A stretch of 64,000 bases of DNA from Alphaproteobacteria bacterium (GTDB lineage Bacteria; Pseudomonadota; Alphaproteobacteria; GCA-2731375), in NCBI GenBank assembly GCA_965232515.1, contig CBDDPY010000002.1:5024001-5088000 (forward strand). The letters are read 5' to 3'. The stretch's first letter is position 1; each line of letters begins with the position of its first letter. Shown here piece after piece: positions 19,679-29,428 of the stretch. The position numbers were made by a program, and so were the translations under genes. The notes under the pieces are model-generated. The model was not told where the DNA came from and searched no databases. It worked only from the letters and a program-made list of their open reading frames with translations.

Positions 19679-19837
19679 TCACCTCCGGTTCGCCAGCTCG
19701 TCTTCCAGGTTGGAGACGCGTTCTTCGATGGCAACGAGGCGGCGTTCGAACGCCTTGAGCGCTTGCGTGAGGGAGCGGGCGACGTAGCCGACGCAGAGGA
19801 TGATGGCGATCAGCGCGACGAGGATCGTGGGGTCCAT
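19679..19837 (-). CDS. 52-aa membrane-anchored coiled-coil protein (absent from ORF track)
   Basis: Manual translation: MDPTILVALIAIILCVGYVARSLTQALKAFERRLVAIEERVSNLEDELANRR; directly downstream of the racemase on the same strand. Confidence 0.7.
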   Translation of the reverse strand: MDPTILVALIAIILCVGYVARSLTQALKAFERRLVAIEERVSNLEDELANRR

Positions 19838-19883
19838 GTCCGCTATGCTGCCCCGAAACGCGCCGGCGGCGAATTGCGTCGGA

Positions 19884-20588
19884 TCAAGCGGCCTTGGCGG
19901 CGCCGACTGCGCGGCGCAGCGCGGCGCGGGCGAGGAGGCGGGTGGAGTCGAGGGTCGGCAGCGGCGAATTGTCGTCGCTGATGATCAGCGGCAGTTCGGT
20001 GCAGCCGAGCACGACCGCGTCGCAGCCCGCGTCCCGCATGCGGCCGATCACCTGTTGCAGATAGGCGGTCGCTTCGGGCTTGAAGTCCCCGTAGACCAGT
20101 TCGTCCATGATGATGCGGTTGATCTCGTCGCGCTCGGCCGGTTCCGGCCGCAGGTAGGCGAGGCCGCGGGCCGTCAGGGCCTCCGGATAGACCTCGCTGT
20201 CGACCAGCCAGCCGGTGCCCGTCACCGCCAGGCGTTCATGGCCGCGCGCCACCGCCTCGTCCGCCACCACCTCGGCGATATGCAGCCACGGCAGCGGCGA
20301 GCGCGGCATGACGTGGGGCAGGGCGGCGTGGATGGTGTTGTCGGGGCAGATCAGGAAATCGGCGCCGATGGCGGCGAGCTTCTCCGCCGACGCCAGCATC
20401 AGGTCCGCGATGCCCGCGAGGTCGCCCCGATCCAGGCAGGCGACGTAACGGCTGAGCGGCGGCGTATGCATGGACACCTCGGGATGCCCGTGCGGCCCCA
20501 GCAAGTCCGCGCCCTCGGTGCAGATCGTCCGATAGCACAAGCTCGCCCCCTCGGCCGAGCAGGCGACGATCCCGATATGCTGCGTCAT
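19884..20588 (-). CDS. Aspartate/glutamate racemase family protein
   Basis: GADFLICPDNTIH, WLHIAE, VVLGCTELPL, LDST. Confidence 0.9.
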   Translation of the reverse strand: MTQHIGIVACSAEGASLCYRTICTEGADLLGPHGHPEVSMHTPPLSRYVACLDRGDLAGIADLMLASAEKLAAIGADFLICPDNTIHAALPHVMPRSPLPWLHIAEVVADEAVARGHERLAVTGTGWLVDSEVYPEALTARGLAYLRPEPAERDEINRIIMDELVYGDFKPEATAYLQQVIGRMRDAGCDAVVLGCTELPLIISDDNSPLPTLDSTRLLARAALRRAVGAAKAA

Positions 20589-20723
20589 GGCCTTTGCCTC
20601 CCCGGATGCGCCGCACCGCAGCTTACAGAACCGTCGGCATGGCTCAAGAGCGGGCCGGCGCATGAAGCGTTTATCGGCGCGGCAACGGCCTGCTATGTTG
20701 CCGCCTCCATTCTCCGCTTCCCG

Positions 20724-21353
20724 ATGGCCGATATGAGCGACGAGCTTGCAAGTCTTTTCCTGGCGCTGGGCATTTTCTCGGTCGGATTCGTCAGCATCGG
20801 TCCGAATATCCTGGCGATCATCGGCACGTCGATGGACAGAGGCCGGCGCCACGGCGTCGCGCTGGCGCTGGGTGTCGGCACCGGCTCGGGCATCTGGGCG
20901 ACCATGACCGTCACCGGGCTGACGGCGCTGGTCGCGGCCTATGCGCAGGCCGTGTTCGTGTCGAAAGTCTTTGGCGCCGTCTACCTGCTGTGGCTGGCCT
21001 ATAAGGCGTTCCGCTCGGCGGCGACGCCGGACGGCCATGTCGTCGCGACGTCGGCGCGCGGCGGCAACCTCTACTGGCGCGGCCTTACGATCCAGATGAC
21101 CAATCCCAAGGCCGCGCTGCACTGGATCGCCATCGTCGGCATCGGGCTCGGCGCCAATGCGCCGCTCTGGGTCGGCATCACGCTGGTCGTCAGCGCGACC
21201 GTGATGTCGTTGCTGGGGCATCTGGCCTACGCGGTCACGTTCTCGACCAGACCCGTCGTGGCCTTCTACCGGCGCGCGCGCCGTTGGATCGAAGCGGCGC
21301 TCGGACTGTTTTTCGCCTTCGCGGCCTTCAAGATCGCCACCTACCGCGCTTGA
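20724..21353 (+). CDS. LysE family exporter
   Basis: SIGPN, GAVYLLWLAYK, TNPKA. Confidence 0.88.
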   Translation: MADMSDELASLFLALGIFSVGFVSIGPNILAIIGTSMDRGRRHGVALALGVGTGSGIWATMTVTGLTALVAAYAQAVFVSKVFGAVYLLWLAYKAFRSAATPDGHVVATSARGGNLYWRGLTIQMTNPKAALHWIAIVGIGLGANAPLWVGITLVVSATVMSLLGHLAYAVTFSTRPVVAFYRRARRWIEAALGLFFAFAAFKIATYRA

Positions 21354-21406
21354 ACGACCGCCTTTAGTCGGGGCGCCGCGCCGCCGAGCATCGAATCGTG
21401 CGGCGG

Positions 21407-21694
21407 TCAGCCCTGCAGAAACGCCAGCCGCTCATCGGTTCTGGCCGGGGCGATCTCGTGGATCTCCGGGCTGACCACGTCTTCGGCGACGAACGGATCG
21501 TCGTTCACCCGGCTTTCGAGGGCCGCGCGCGAGGTGTTGTGCGCGACGATGCCGCCGCCCGCGCCTGGTTGCAGGCTGCCGGCCAGCACGAAGACGCCGT
21601 CGTCGAACCCCCGTTTGAGCCAGGCCTTGTGGCCGTCCATGAACTGGCTCGCCTGGCTTTTGTTGCCGGAAAACTTCAGCAGCACGATAAACAT
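21407..21694 (-). CDS. YciI family protein
   Basis: HKAWL, F.LAGS, GG.IVA, DPFV. Confidence 0.85.
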   Translation of the reverse strand: MFIVLLKFSGNKSQASQFMDGHKAWLKRGFDDGVFVLAGSLQPGAGGGIVAHNTSRAALESRVNDDPFVAEDVVSPEIHEIAPARTDERLAFLQG

Positions 21695-21709
21695 CCGACT
21701 TGCTCTCCT

Positions 21710-22315
21710 TCAGGTGTCCTTGTCCGTGAAAGCGGCCGGCGCGCCGTCTGGCGTGCACGACGCCAGCCAGTCGCACATCGCCGCGACTTCGCGTTTGATG
21801 AACTTCTCGTCGCGATAGGCGTTCGCCAGCGTGGCCACGCCCTGGCTGCGCGCCAGCAGGTGCAGCGCCAGCGCGTCGGCGTCGGCCGCGCGGCCGGCTG
21901 CCGTGAACTGCCGGCGCAACCAGGTCCGGAACAGCGTGAACAGCTTGTTCGCTTCGCCGCGGGCCGCGTGGTTCAGCTTCGCCAGCTCTGACGACAACGT
22001 GCCGACCGGGCAGCCGTAGCGCTTAATGTCCGCTCGGTTCGCGATCAGAATGTGGATGAAGCGCCGGATGCGGCCGGCGGGCGTTTCCTCGTCGCGTTCC
22101 CACGCGTCCAGCATCGCCCTTGTCTCGGCCAGGCGCGCCTCGATCACGGCGTCCAGGATCTCGTCCTTGGTCTTGAAGTGGTAGTAGAAGTTGCCGCGCG
22201 AGATCCGCACGACCTCGGCGATGTCCGAGAACGAGGTGTGATCGAAGCCCTGCCGATAGAACAGATCGTCGGCCGCCTCGACGATGTCATCGCGGGTCGT
22301 CCTGTTGTCGCCCAT
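21710..22315 (-). CDS. TetR/AcrR family regulator
   Basis: LFYRQGFDHTSFSDIA..ISRGNFYYHFKTKDEI; GCPVG. Confidence 0.92.
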   Translation of the reverse strand: MGDNRTTRDDIVEAADDLFYRQGFDHTSFSDIAEVVRISRGNFYYHFKTKDEILDAVIEARLAETRAMLDAWERDEETPAGRIRRFIHILIANRADIKRYGCPVGTLSSELAKLNHAARGEANKLFTLFRTWLRRQFTAAGRAADADALALHLLARSQGVATLANAYRDEKFIKREVAAMCDWLASCTPDGAPAAFTDKDT

Positions 22316-22371
22316 GAAAGCACCTCCTCGCGCCGCCGCGCCCCTGGCGTTGGCCCGACTCCATCGCTGTG

Positions 22372-22410
22372 GGACGCTCGTCCTAGAATTAAAACTTAGG
22401 ACAAGCGTCC
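22372..22410. promoter_or_regulatory. Probable TetR operators (inverted pair)
   Basis: GGACGCTCGTCCTA-N11-TAGGACAAGCGTCC; 13/14 inverted match, each arm itself palindromic, upstream of tetR. Confidence 0.65.
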
Positions 22411-22439
22411 GACATGGTCAAGGGCCAGATGCGATGCCC

Positions 22440-23372
22440 TCAGGTCCGCCGCAGCCAGACCTCGCCGACGGCGTGGTCCGCGCGCTTGCGCAGCACCAGG
22501 TCGGCGCGCTGCCGGGTCGGCAGGATGTTTTCCCGGAGGTTCTTGAGGTTGATCGTGCGCCAGATGTCGCGGGCAACGGCGCGCGCCTCGTCCGGCGGCA
22601 GGTCCTTCTGATGGTGGAAATGCGATGACGGCTGCTGAAAGGCGGTGCGTTGCAGGATCAGACGGCGCGCGATGAACCAGTCTTCGAGATCGCCCTCGTC
22701 GGCGTCGATGTAGATCGAGAAATCGAAGAAATCGGACGCCACCACGGCGGCGCCGTCCGCCGGCTGCAGCACGTTCAGCCCCTCGAAGATCAGCACATCC
22801 GGCTGACCGACAGGCTGGAACTCGTCCGGCACGATGTCGTAGAGCAGATGCGAGTAGACCGGCGCCTTGACGTCCCTCTTGCCGGCCTTGACGTCGGCCA
22901 GGAACCGGATCATCCGCCGCAGGTCGTAGCTCTCGGGAAAGCCCTTGCGCGGCATCAGGCCGCGTTCCTCCAGCACGCGCGTCGGATGCAGGAAGCCGTC
23001 CGTCGTCACCAGCTCGACCCGGGGGTGGTCCGGCCAGCGGGCTAGCAGCGCCCGCAACACCCGCGCCAGCGTGCTCTTGCCGACGGCGACGCTGCCCGCC
23101 AGCGCGACGATATAGGGCGGCCGTCCGGTGGGCCGCCCCAGAAACGCATCCTTGACGCGGCTCAAATTCCGCGCCGCGGCGATATGCAGGTTCAACAGAC
23201 GCGACAGCGGCAGCAGGACCGCTTCCACCTCGTCGAGCCCGATCGGCTCGTTCAGGCCCCGAAGCCGCGCGAGATCGTCCTCGGACAACGTCAACGGCGT
23301 GTTCGACCGCAGCGCCGCCCACTCCCGCCGTGTCAGCACCATATGCCCCGGCCGGCTGCCGCCTTCGCTCAT
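22440..23372 (-). CDS. coaA: Type I pantothenate kinase
   Basis: AGSVAVGKST, TTDGFL, KGFPESYD, APVYSHLLYD, EGLNVLQ, SDFFDFSIY. Confidence 0.96.
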   Translation of the reverse strand: MSEGGSRPGHMVLTRREWAALRSNTPLTLSEDDLARLRGLNEPIGLDEVEAVLLPLSRLLNLHIAAARNLSRVKDAFLGRPTGRPPYIVALAGSVAVGKSTLARVLRALLARWPDHPRVELVTTDGFLHPTRVLEERGLMPRKGFPESYDLRRMIRFLADVKAGKRDVKAPVYSHLLYDIVPDEFQPVGQPDVLIFEGLNVLQPADGAAVVASDFFDFSIYIDADEGDLEDWFIARRLILQRTAFQQPSSHFHHQKDLPPDEARAVARDIWRTINLKNLRENILPTRQRADLVLRKRADHAVGEVWLRRT

Positions 23373-23399
23373 CCTCGGCCGATCCCCGTTTTCCGCCGC

Positions 23400-23870
23400 T
23401 CAGCTGTCGGCGGCGATGCAATCGACCTCGACGCGGGCGCCGAGCGCCAGACCGTTGGACCCGAACGCGGCGCGGGCGGGAAACTTCCCGGCTTCGAAAT
23501 AGCCCTTGTAGACCTCGTTGAACACGGCCCACTCCGAGATGTCCGCCAGCATGACCGTGCATTTGACCAGATTGTCCATGCCGAGGCCGTGCGCCTCGAG
23601 CGATGTCTTGATGTTGTCCATCACCTGCCTGGTTTCGCCGGCGATGCCGCCGTCGGCCAGCTTCAGCTTGCCCGGCAGATTGCCGATCTGGCCCGAAAGA
23701 TAGATCGTGTTGCCGACCCGCACGGCTTCCGAGAACGGCAGATGCGTCGGCAGCACCTTGCCCGAGTTCAGATGGACGGGTTTGTCGCCGGCCGCCGCCG
23801 GCATGGTTCCGGCTGCCGTCAGCGCCAACGCGGCCATGCCCGCGAACCACATCGCTTTGATGGTACCCAT
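23400..23870 (-). CDS. RidA family protein with N-terminal signal peptide
   Basis: PFSEAVRVGNTIYLSGQIG, FNEVY, PAR, VEVDCIA. Confidence 0.9.
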   Translation of the reverse strand: MGTIKAMWFAGMAALALTAAGTMPAAAGDKPVHLNSGKVLPTHLPFSEAVRVGNTIYLSGQIGNLPGKLKLADGGIAGETRQVMDNIKTSLEAHGLGMDNLVKCTVMLADISEWAVFNEVYKGYFEAGKFPARAAFGSNGLALGARVEVDCIAADS

Positions 23871-23987
23871 GACTCGCGACCCCTTTCTTGGTCCTGGATC
23901 TCAACGACGATATCGAAACGCCGTGCGCGGAAAAAGATCTGGCGGGGCGTCAGCGGACTGAACGCCGCGTGTTGACGCTCGACGGGC

Positions 23988-24809
23988 TCAAGGCATCAGC
24001 TCGATGACGATGTGTTCGCGCGGCGCCAGTGGCGCGTAGAGCACCCGCACGGGCGCCTCGCGCTCGGAGATCGCGCGGGCCCGCCGATAGACATCCTCTT
24101 CCACCATCTTGTCCAGCTGCACGGGACCGTCCGGCGCCGCGTAGCGCAGCGCGATCCAGCCGCGGGTCTCGTCGTCCGGGTCGTCGCGCCAGGCCCGCGC
24201 GATAACGCCTGGCGTCGGCAGGCCGTGGACCAACAACGCCAGCCGGCGCCGGCGCCATCGGCGATAGTTCCAGAGACCGAAGAGCGGCGGCGCCACGAAC
24301 ACGAAGCTCCACAAGACCTCCCACAGGCCGCCGGCGACGAAGAACCCGTCCCGCACCCGCGCCACGGCGGGATTCGACGGCAAGAATTCAATATCGACCG
24401 CCGTGCCGGACGCGAGGTGGCGAAGGAATAGGCTCGTGGCCTCGTACTCCTGCGCCCGGCCGTCCTCGAAGCGGAAGCGGACCTGAAAAACCAGCCGCTT
24501 CCGCATAACGACATTGTCGCCCAGCGTCCGGTTGGCGTAGACCGACTCGATGACGACGCCGCGCGCGGCGGTCCCGCCGAGGTCGAGGCGGATGTCGTCG
24601 ACGATCGCCCACGGAAAAAACGCCGCCGCAAGTAGCGCGCAGACAACAGCGGTGACGACAAGGCTCACCTGCCATCCGCGCTCGCCAAGCAGCGCCCGGG
24701 CGCGGAGGCCGTGCGGCACCGTCCGTGGGGGCGCTTGGCGCAGCAGCGCGCCCCAGTCCCGCGTCCCCGCCGCGTCCTGTCGATCCGAGGCCGTCGTGCC
24801 GGCAACCAT
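23988..24809 (-). CDS. Two-TM membrane protein (DUF3592-like)
   Basis: PPRTVP, TM, beta region, TM, second beta region ending VRVLYAP. Confidence 0.65.
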   Translation of the reverse strand: MVAGTTASDRQDAAGTRDWGALLRQAPPRTVPHGLRARALLGERGWQVSLVVTAVVCALLAAAFFPWAIVDDIRLDLGGTAARGVVIESVYANRTLGDNVVMRKRLVFQVRFRFEDGRAQEYEATSLFLRHLASGTAVDIEFLPSNPAVARVRDGFFVAGGLWEVLWSFVFVAPPLFGLWNYRRWRRRRLALLVHGLPTPGVIARAWRDDPDDETRGWIALRYAAPDGPVQLDKMVEEDVYRRARAISEREAPVRVLYAPLAPREHIVIELMP

Positions 24810-25017
24810 CGATAGCCCTCCACGCATGCCGTGAGCGGGTGTCGATCCAATGCGAGCGTCAGCATAGCACCCGGGCGGGCCGTTTTCATTTGCCGACCCG
24901 CCATCCAACGGTCGGAGCGGCGGCGTATGGACGCCTCTGCGCCGGATTTCCACGCCGGTGGTCACCGAACCGAGCATTATCGGGATGATGCATCCGGGCC
25001 AGACGCCATTCCCGCGA

Positions 25018-25506
25018 TCAGCCCGTTTCGACGTCCTTCAGAAAGGTTTTCAGCAGCGCATCGAGTTGCCGCCGCTCCGGCTTGGACAGGCCGGCCACCA
25101 GTCGGCACTGTGTTTCCACATGATCGGTGACCGCCGCGTCGATGACGCGGAAGCCCTTGTCCGTCAGCGAAATCAAAAAGCTGCGGCGGTCGTCCTGGCT
25201 TTGGCTTCGTTCGACGAGCCCCGCTTTCTCGAGCTGATCGATCCGGTTCGTCATGGTGCCCGACGTCACCATCGTCGTCGCCATCAGGTCGCCCGGCGAC
25301 AGGGCGAACGGCGGCCCGGACCGGCGCAGCGTCGCCAATACGTCGAAGCTGGCGGCGTTGAGGCCATGCACCGCCCAGGTCTTCTCCATTTCGTGCGAGA
25401 GGCGGAGCGTGAGCCGCTTGAGGCGCCCCAGCAGCCCCATGGGCGCGACCTCGAGGTCGGGGCGTTCCTGCCGCCACTGCGCCAGAATCCTGTCGACGTG
25501 ATCCAT
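25018..25506 (-). CDS. pecS: MarR-family PecS/UrtR-type repressor
   Basis: MDHVDRILAQWRQERPDL helix, FDVLATLRRSG, SGTMTNRID; divergent from a pecM-like gene. Confidence 0.85.
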   Translation of the reverse strand: MDHVDRILAQWRQERPDLEVAPMGLLGRLKRLTLRLSHEMEKTWAVHGLNAASFDVLATLRRSGPPFALSPGDLMATTMVTSGTMTNRIDQLEKAGLVERSQSQDDRRSFLISLTDKGFRVIDAAVTDHVETQCRLVAGLSKPERRQLDALLKTFLKDVETG

Positions 25507-25527
25507 CGTGTGATTCTTCGGCTAAAA

Positions 25528-25572
25528 TATCTTGATATCAAGATAAAGATGATTATCTTGATATCAAGATAA
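25528..25572. promoter_or_regulatory. Two perfect palindromic PecS operators
   Basis: TATCTTGATATCAAGATA at 25528-25545 and TTATCTTGATATCAAGATAA at 25553-25572. Confidence 0.85.
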
Positions 25573-25589
25573 ATTCTGCGGAGGGCATC

Positions 25590-26462
25590 ATGGCTCGTGG
25601 CACCGACGTGTTCCTGACGGCGCTCGCGCCCGCGATCTGGGGCAGCACCTATCTCGTCACGACCGAATTCCTGCCCGACGGTTATCCGGTGACGGTCGCG
25701 ATGCTCAGAGCCCTGCCGGCGGGACTGCTCCTGTTGCTGATCGTCAGGCGGCTTCCGGGTCGCGACTGGTGGGGGCGGGTCTTTCTGCTGGGCGCGCTGA
25801 ACTTCTCGATCTTCTGGGCGCTGCTGTTCGTCGCCGCCTATCGGTTGCCGGGCGGCGTCGCCGCGACGGTCGGCGCGGTCCAGCCGTTGATCGTTGTCTT
25901 CCTTGCGCACGCGGTCTTGCGGACGCCCGTCCTGGCGCTGTCCGTCGTGGCCGCCATGATCGGAATGAGCGGAGTCGCGCTGATGGTCCTGACGCCGGCG
26001 GCGACGCTCGATCCGATCGGCGTGGCCGCCGGCCTTGGCGGTGCGCTCTCCATGGCGGCCGGCACCGTGTTCAGCCGCAAGTGGCAGCCGCCGGTGTCCC
26101 TGCTGACATTCACGGCCTGGCAGCTCACGGCGGGCGGACTGCTGCTGCTTCCGCTCGCGCTCATGATCGAGCCGCCGCTGCCGACGCTGACGCCGGAGAA
26201 CGTTCTCGGCCTCGCCTATCTCGGCCTGATCGGTGCCGCTGTCACCTACGTCCTCTGGTTCCGGGGCATTGGCCGGATCGAGCCGTCCGCCGTCTCCGCC
26301 CTGGGCTTTCTCAGCCCGGCGACGGCGGTGGTTCTCGGCTGGTCGGTGCTCGATCAACAGCTCAGCGCGTTTCAGATCGCCGGCTTCGTCGCCGTTCTGG
26401 CGGGTGTCTGGCTCAGCCAGATGGCCGGCCGCCGGCCGCGCCTCGCCGCCGCGAAGGTCTGA
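25590..26462 (+). CDS. pecM: EamA transporter, PecM-like
   Basis: TALAPAIWGSTYLVTTEFLP, RALPAGLLLL, AYRLPGGVAA. Confidence 0.88.
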   Translation: MARGTDVFLTALAPAIWGSTYLVTTEFLPDGYPVTVAMLRALPAGLLLLLIVRRLPGRDWWGRVFLLGALNFSIFWALLFVAAYRLPGGVAATVGAVQPLIVVFLAHAVLRTPVLALSVVAAMIGMSGVALMVLTPAATLDPIGVAAGLGGALSMAAGTVFSRKWQPPVSLLTFTAWQLTAGGLLLLPLALMIEPPLPTLTPENVLGLAYLGLIGAAVTYVLWFRGIGRIEPSAVSALGFLSPATAVVLGWSVLDQQLSAFQIAGFVAVLAGVWLSQMAGRRPRLAAAKV

Positions 26463-26489
26463 CGGCTGTATCGTCAAAGGAGACTGAAA

Positions 26490-27131
26490 ATGAACATCAT
26501 CGTATTTGGCGCAAGCGGCGACGTCGGATGCCGCATCGTGGCCGAAGCCCTGGTGCGGGAACACGACGTCACGGCCGTTGTCCGACGGGAAACGCAGGTG
26601 CAAACGCTGCCGACGTCGGCGACCGTGCGTATTGCCGATGCGGCGCGTACCGAACGGGTTGCTGAATTGATGGCGGGCCATGATCTCGCGATCAGCGCGC
26701 TCAGGCCGCCTGACGGCCAGGAAGAAACGCTCGTCGCGTTGACCCGATCCGTGCTGCGGGCCGCCGCGCTGTCCGGTCTGCGCATCATCGTCGTTGGCGG
26801 CGCGGCCAGCCTGACAATGCCGGACCGAAAAGGCCACACCGTTCTGACCGCGCCCGGGTTCCTGCCCCAGGCCGTGGTGCCGATCGCGACGGCGTGTCAG
26901 GCGCAATACGACCTGATCGCGGCCGAGCGCCATGCCGACTGGTCCTATCTCTGTCCGCCCGCTTTGCTGACCCCCGGCATGCGCACGGGCCGCTATCGCC
27001 TCGGTTCGGACGTCCTGGTGGTCGACGCCGACGGCGGCTCGGCGATCTCGATGGAGGATTTCGCCGTCGCGCTGATCGACGAGGCCGAGGCGCCGCGACA
27101 CCGGCAGGCGCGGTTCACCGTCGCCCATTGA
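26490..27131 (+). CDS. NAD(P)H-binding oxidoreductase (flavin reductase-like)
   Basis: FGASGDVG, VVGGAASL, DWSYLCPP, ISMEDFAVA. Confidence 0.88.
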   Translation: MNIIVFGASGDVGCRIVAEALVREHDVTAVVRRETQVQTLPTSATVRIADAARTERVAELMAGHDLAISALRPPDGQEETLVALTRSVLRAAALSGLRIIVVGGAASLTMPDRKGHTVLTAPGFLPQAVVPIATACQAQYDLIAAERHADWSYLCPPALLTPGMRTGRYRLGSDVLVVDADGGSAISMEDFAVALIDEAEAPRHRQARFTVAH

Positions 27132-27160
27132 CGCATTGCCCGTAAGAACAGGAGACAACC

Positions 27161-27838
27161 ATGTCCACGCACAACGGCCAAGACACCGTCGAGATCGTTC
27201 CGACGCACCGCGCGCCACGGGACGCCGGCGACAGGATTGCGTTCGCGTTCGTCAAGGCGTTGCGCTTTGCCGCGGATCGCTTTTTCGCTCAGCGCTACGG
27301 GCATCGCGCGGTCGTGCTGGAAACGGTCGCCGCCGTGCCGGGCATGGTCGGCGGCCTGCTCCAGCATCTGTCGGCGCTGCGGCATATCCGCGACGATCGC
27401 GGCTGGATTCGCGAGCTTCTGGCCGAGGCCGAGAACGAGCGGATGCATCTGATGACCTTCGTGCAGATTGCCCAGCCGACGGTGCTCGAGCGGCTGGTCA
27501 TCATGGCCACCCAGGCCGTGTTCTATAATTTCTATTTCTTCCTCTATCTGTTCGCGCCCAAGACCGCGCACCGGGTCGTGGGTTATTTCGAGGAGGAAGC
27601 CGTCGCCAGCTATACCCACTTCCTCGCCCAGATCGACGCCGGCGCGCAGGCCAACGTGCCAGCCCCGCCGATCGCCATCGACTACTGGGGCTTGGCTCCC
27701 GACGCGACGTTGCGCGATGTCGTGCTGGCAGTGCGCGCGGACGAAGCCGGCCATCGCGACCGCAATCACGGCTTTGCCGACAGCCTGAAACGGGGTGATC
27801 GCCCCATTGGCGCCGGCCAAACCGCCGCCATGCGATAG
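27161..27838 (+). CDS. aox: Alternative oxidase (di-iron ubiquinol oxidase)
   Basis: LETVAAVPGMV, EAENERMHL, GYFEEEA, RADEAGHRDRNH. Confidence 0.95.
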   Translation: MSTHNGQDTVEIVPTHRAPRDAGDRIAFAFVKALRFAADRFFAQRYGHRAVVLETVAAVPGMVGGLLQHLSALRHIRDDRGWIRELLAEAENERMHLMTFVQIAQPTVLERLVIMATQAVFYNFYFFLYLFAPKTAHRVVGYFEEEAVASYTHFLAQIDAGAQANVPAPPIAIDYWGLAPDATLRDVVLAVRADEAGHRDRNHGFADSLKRGDRPIGAGQTAAMR

Positions 27839-27947
27839 GGGCGGACGCCGCCAATCCCGCCGTCGGCCATTCGTCGCTTTTGCCGGCGCGATTACGCACC
27901 GATTCCCGCCGATCGCCGCGCCGACCGGACGCAGGGGCGCGGTTGGC

Positions 27948-29342
27948 CTAAAGGAACAGACCGGTACTGGTCGGTGGAGTCGCGAGCAGCGTTGCAATGG
28001 TCTCCAAGCCGAGCCGGAGCCGGCTCTCGTCGGGCTCGTGGCTGAGACAGAGCCGGACGGCATTCGGCGCGGCGGCCGGGTTCGCCGCAAACGCCGCGCC
28101 CTCGGTGATCATAACGTTGCGGCGCTTTGCCTCGGCGCGAAACGCGTCCGCTTTCCAGCGTTTGGGCAACGCCAGCCAGAGGTGAAGTCCGTAGGCGTCG
28201 GCGGCGAACGTATGGTCGCCGAGTATGGATCGAGCAAGCCTTTGCCGGCGTGACGCCGTTTGACGTTGCTGCTCGGTCAGGACGTCGGCGCTGCCGTCCA
28301 GGATCCACCGCGTCGCGATCTCCGTCATCAGCGGCGCGGTCATCCAGCAGGTCAGGTTGACGGCGTCGCGCACCGCCGCCGCGATTCCGGCCGGTGCGCG
28401 CACGAATCCCACCCTCAGCCCCGGCGCGATGCACTTGGACGTGCTGGTGATGAAGATCGCCCTGTCCGGGGCGAAGGTCGTGATGGGCGGCGGGGCGGCC
28501 GGCTTCAACAGACCAAACACATCGTCCTCGATCAGCACGATGTCGTGCCGTCGCGCGATCCCGGCGATATCGCGGCGCCGGTCTTCCGTCATGGTGACGG
28601 TGGTTGGCGATTGCAGCGTCGGGGTGACGTAGAGCGCGTTCGCGCCGCTCGATTTGCAGAGATCCGAGAGGGCGTCGGGACGGAGGCCGCCTTCGTCCAT
28701 CGCCACCGTCGCGAGCTTCAGACCCAACCGTTCGGCCATCACCCGGACCGGCGCATACGAGAGCGCTTCGACAAGCAGCAGATCGCCGGGCTGCGAGATC
28801 GCCATCAGTGCGCAGAAGATGCCGTGCTGCGCGCCGTTGGTGATTACGACCTCGTCCTCGCCCGTCACGATGCCGGCGCGGCCGAGCCAGGACAGGGCGG
28901 CCTGCGTGTGGCGCGACGGATCGCCATCTGTCTGATAGTCCAGCAACGTCCGCAGATCTCCGCCCCGCCGCAGTTCGGCAAGCGCGCGATCGAGGTGCCG
29001 TGCCGCCGGTCCGGGCGCCGGAAGATTGCGCGACAGGTCGATCGGGCCGGACGTGGCGCGTCGCAGGTCGGCGCTCTGTCCGAGCGGCGACGGCGCGCCG
29101 GGTGCGCGAACGAAGGTCCCCCGCCCGACCTCGCCGACCAGCAGGGACCGGTTCACGCCTTCCGCGTAGGCCCGGCTGGTGGTGTTGGGCGACATGCCGA
29201 GCGCGTAGGCGAGCTCGCGGTGCGGCGGCAGCCGTGCGCCCGCCGCGAGGACCCCCGACGCGATGTCGTCCGACAGCGCGTCGACGATCTGCAGGTATTT
29301 CGGGCCGCGCCGGCCCGCGAGGTCGGGGGTCCAAATTGCCAT
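27948..29342 (-). CDS. MocR/GntR regulator with PLP-aminotransferase domain
   Basis: RLPPHRELA, GRGTFV, ITNGAQHG, PTLQSPT, IEDDVF, STSKCIAPGLRVG. Confidence 0.92.
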   Translation of the reverse strand: MAIWTPDLAGRRGPKYLQIVDALSDDIASGVLAAGARLPPHRELAYALGMSPNTTSRAYAEGVNRSLLVGEVGRGTFVRAPGAPSPLGQSADLRRATSGPIDLSRNLPAPGPAARHLDRALAELRRGGDLRTLLDYQTDGDPSRHTQAALSWLGRAGIVTGEDEVVITNGAQHGIFCALMAISQPGDLLLVEALSYAPVRVMAERLGLKLATVAMDEGGLRPDALSDLCKSSGANALYVTPTLQSPTTVTMTEDRRRDIAGIARRHDIVLIEDDVFGLLKPAAPPPITTFAPDRAIFITSTSKCIAPGLRVGFVRAPAGIAAAVRDAVNLTCWMTAPLMTEIATRWILDGSADVLTEQQRQTASRRQRLARSILGDHTFAADAYGLHLWLALPKRWKADAFRAEAKRRNVMITEGAAFAANPAAAPNAVRLCLSHEPDESRLRLGLETIATLLATPPTSTGLFL

Positions 29343-29406
29343 CAGTGCAATGTTTCGCTTTTTGCCCTCATTTTAAGGATGCAAAATCGAGAAATAACAG
29401 TGCAAT
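29343..29406. promoter_or_regulatory. Possible MocR operator direct repeats
   Basis: CAGTGCAAT at 29343-29351 and 29398-29406 in the AT-rich divergent promoter. Confidence 0.45.
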
Positions 29407-29428
29407 TTCTGAGCGCAGAGTCAATGCG

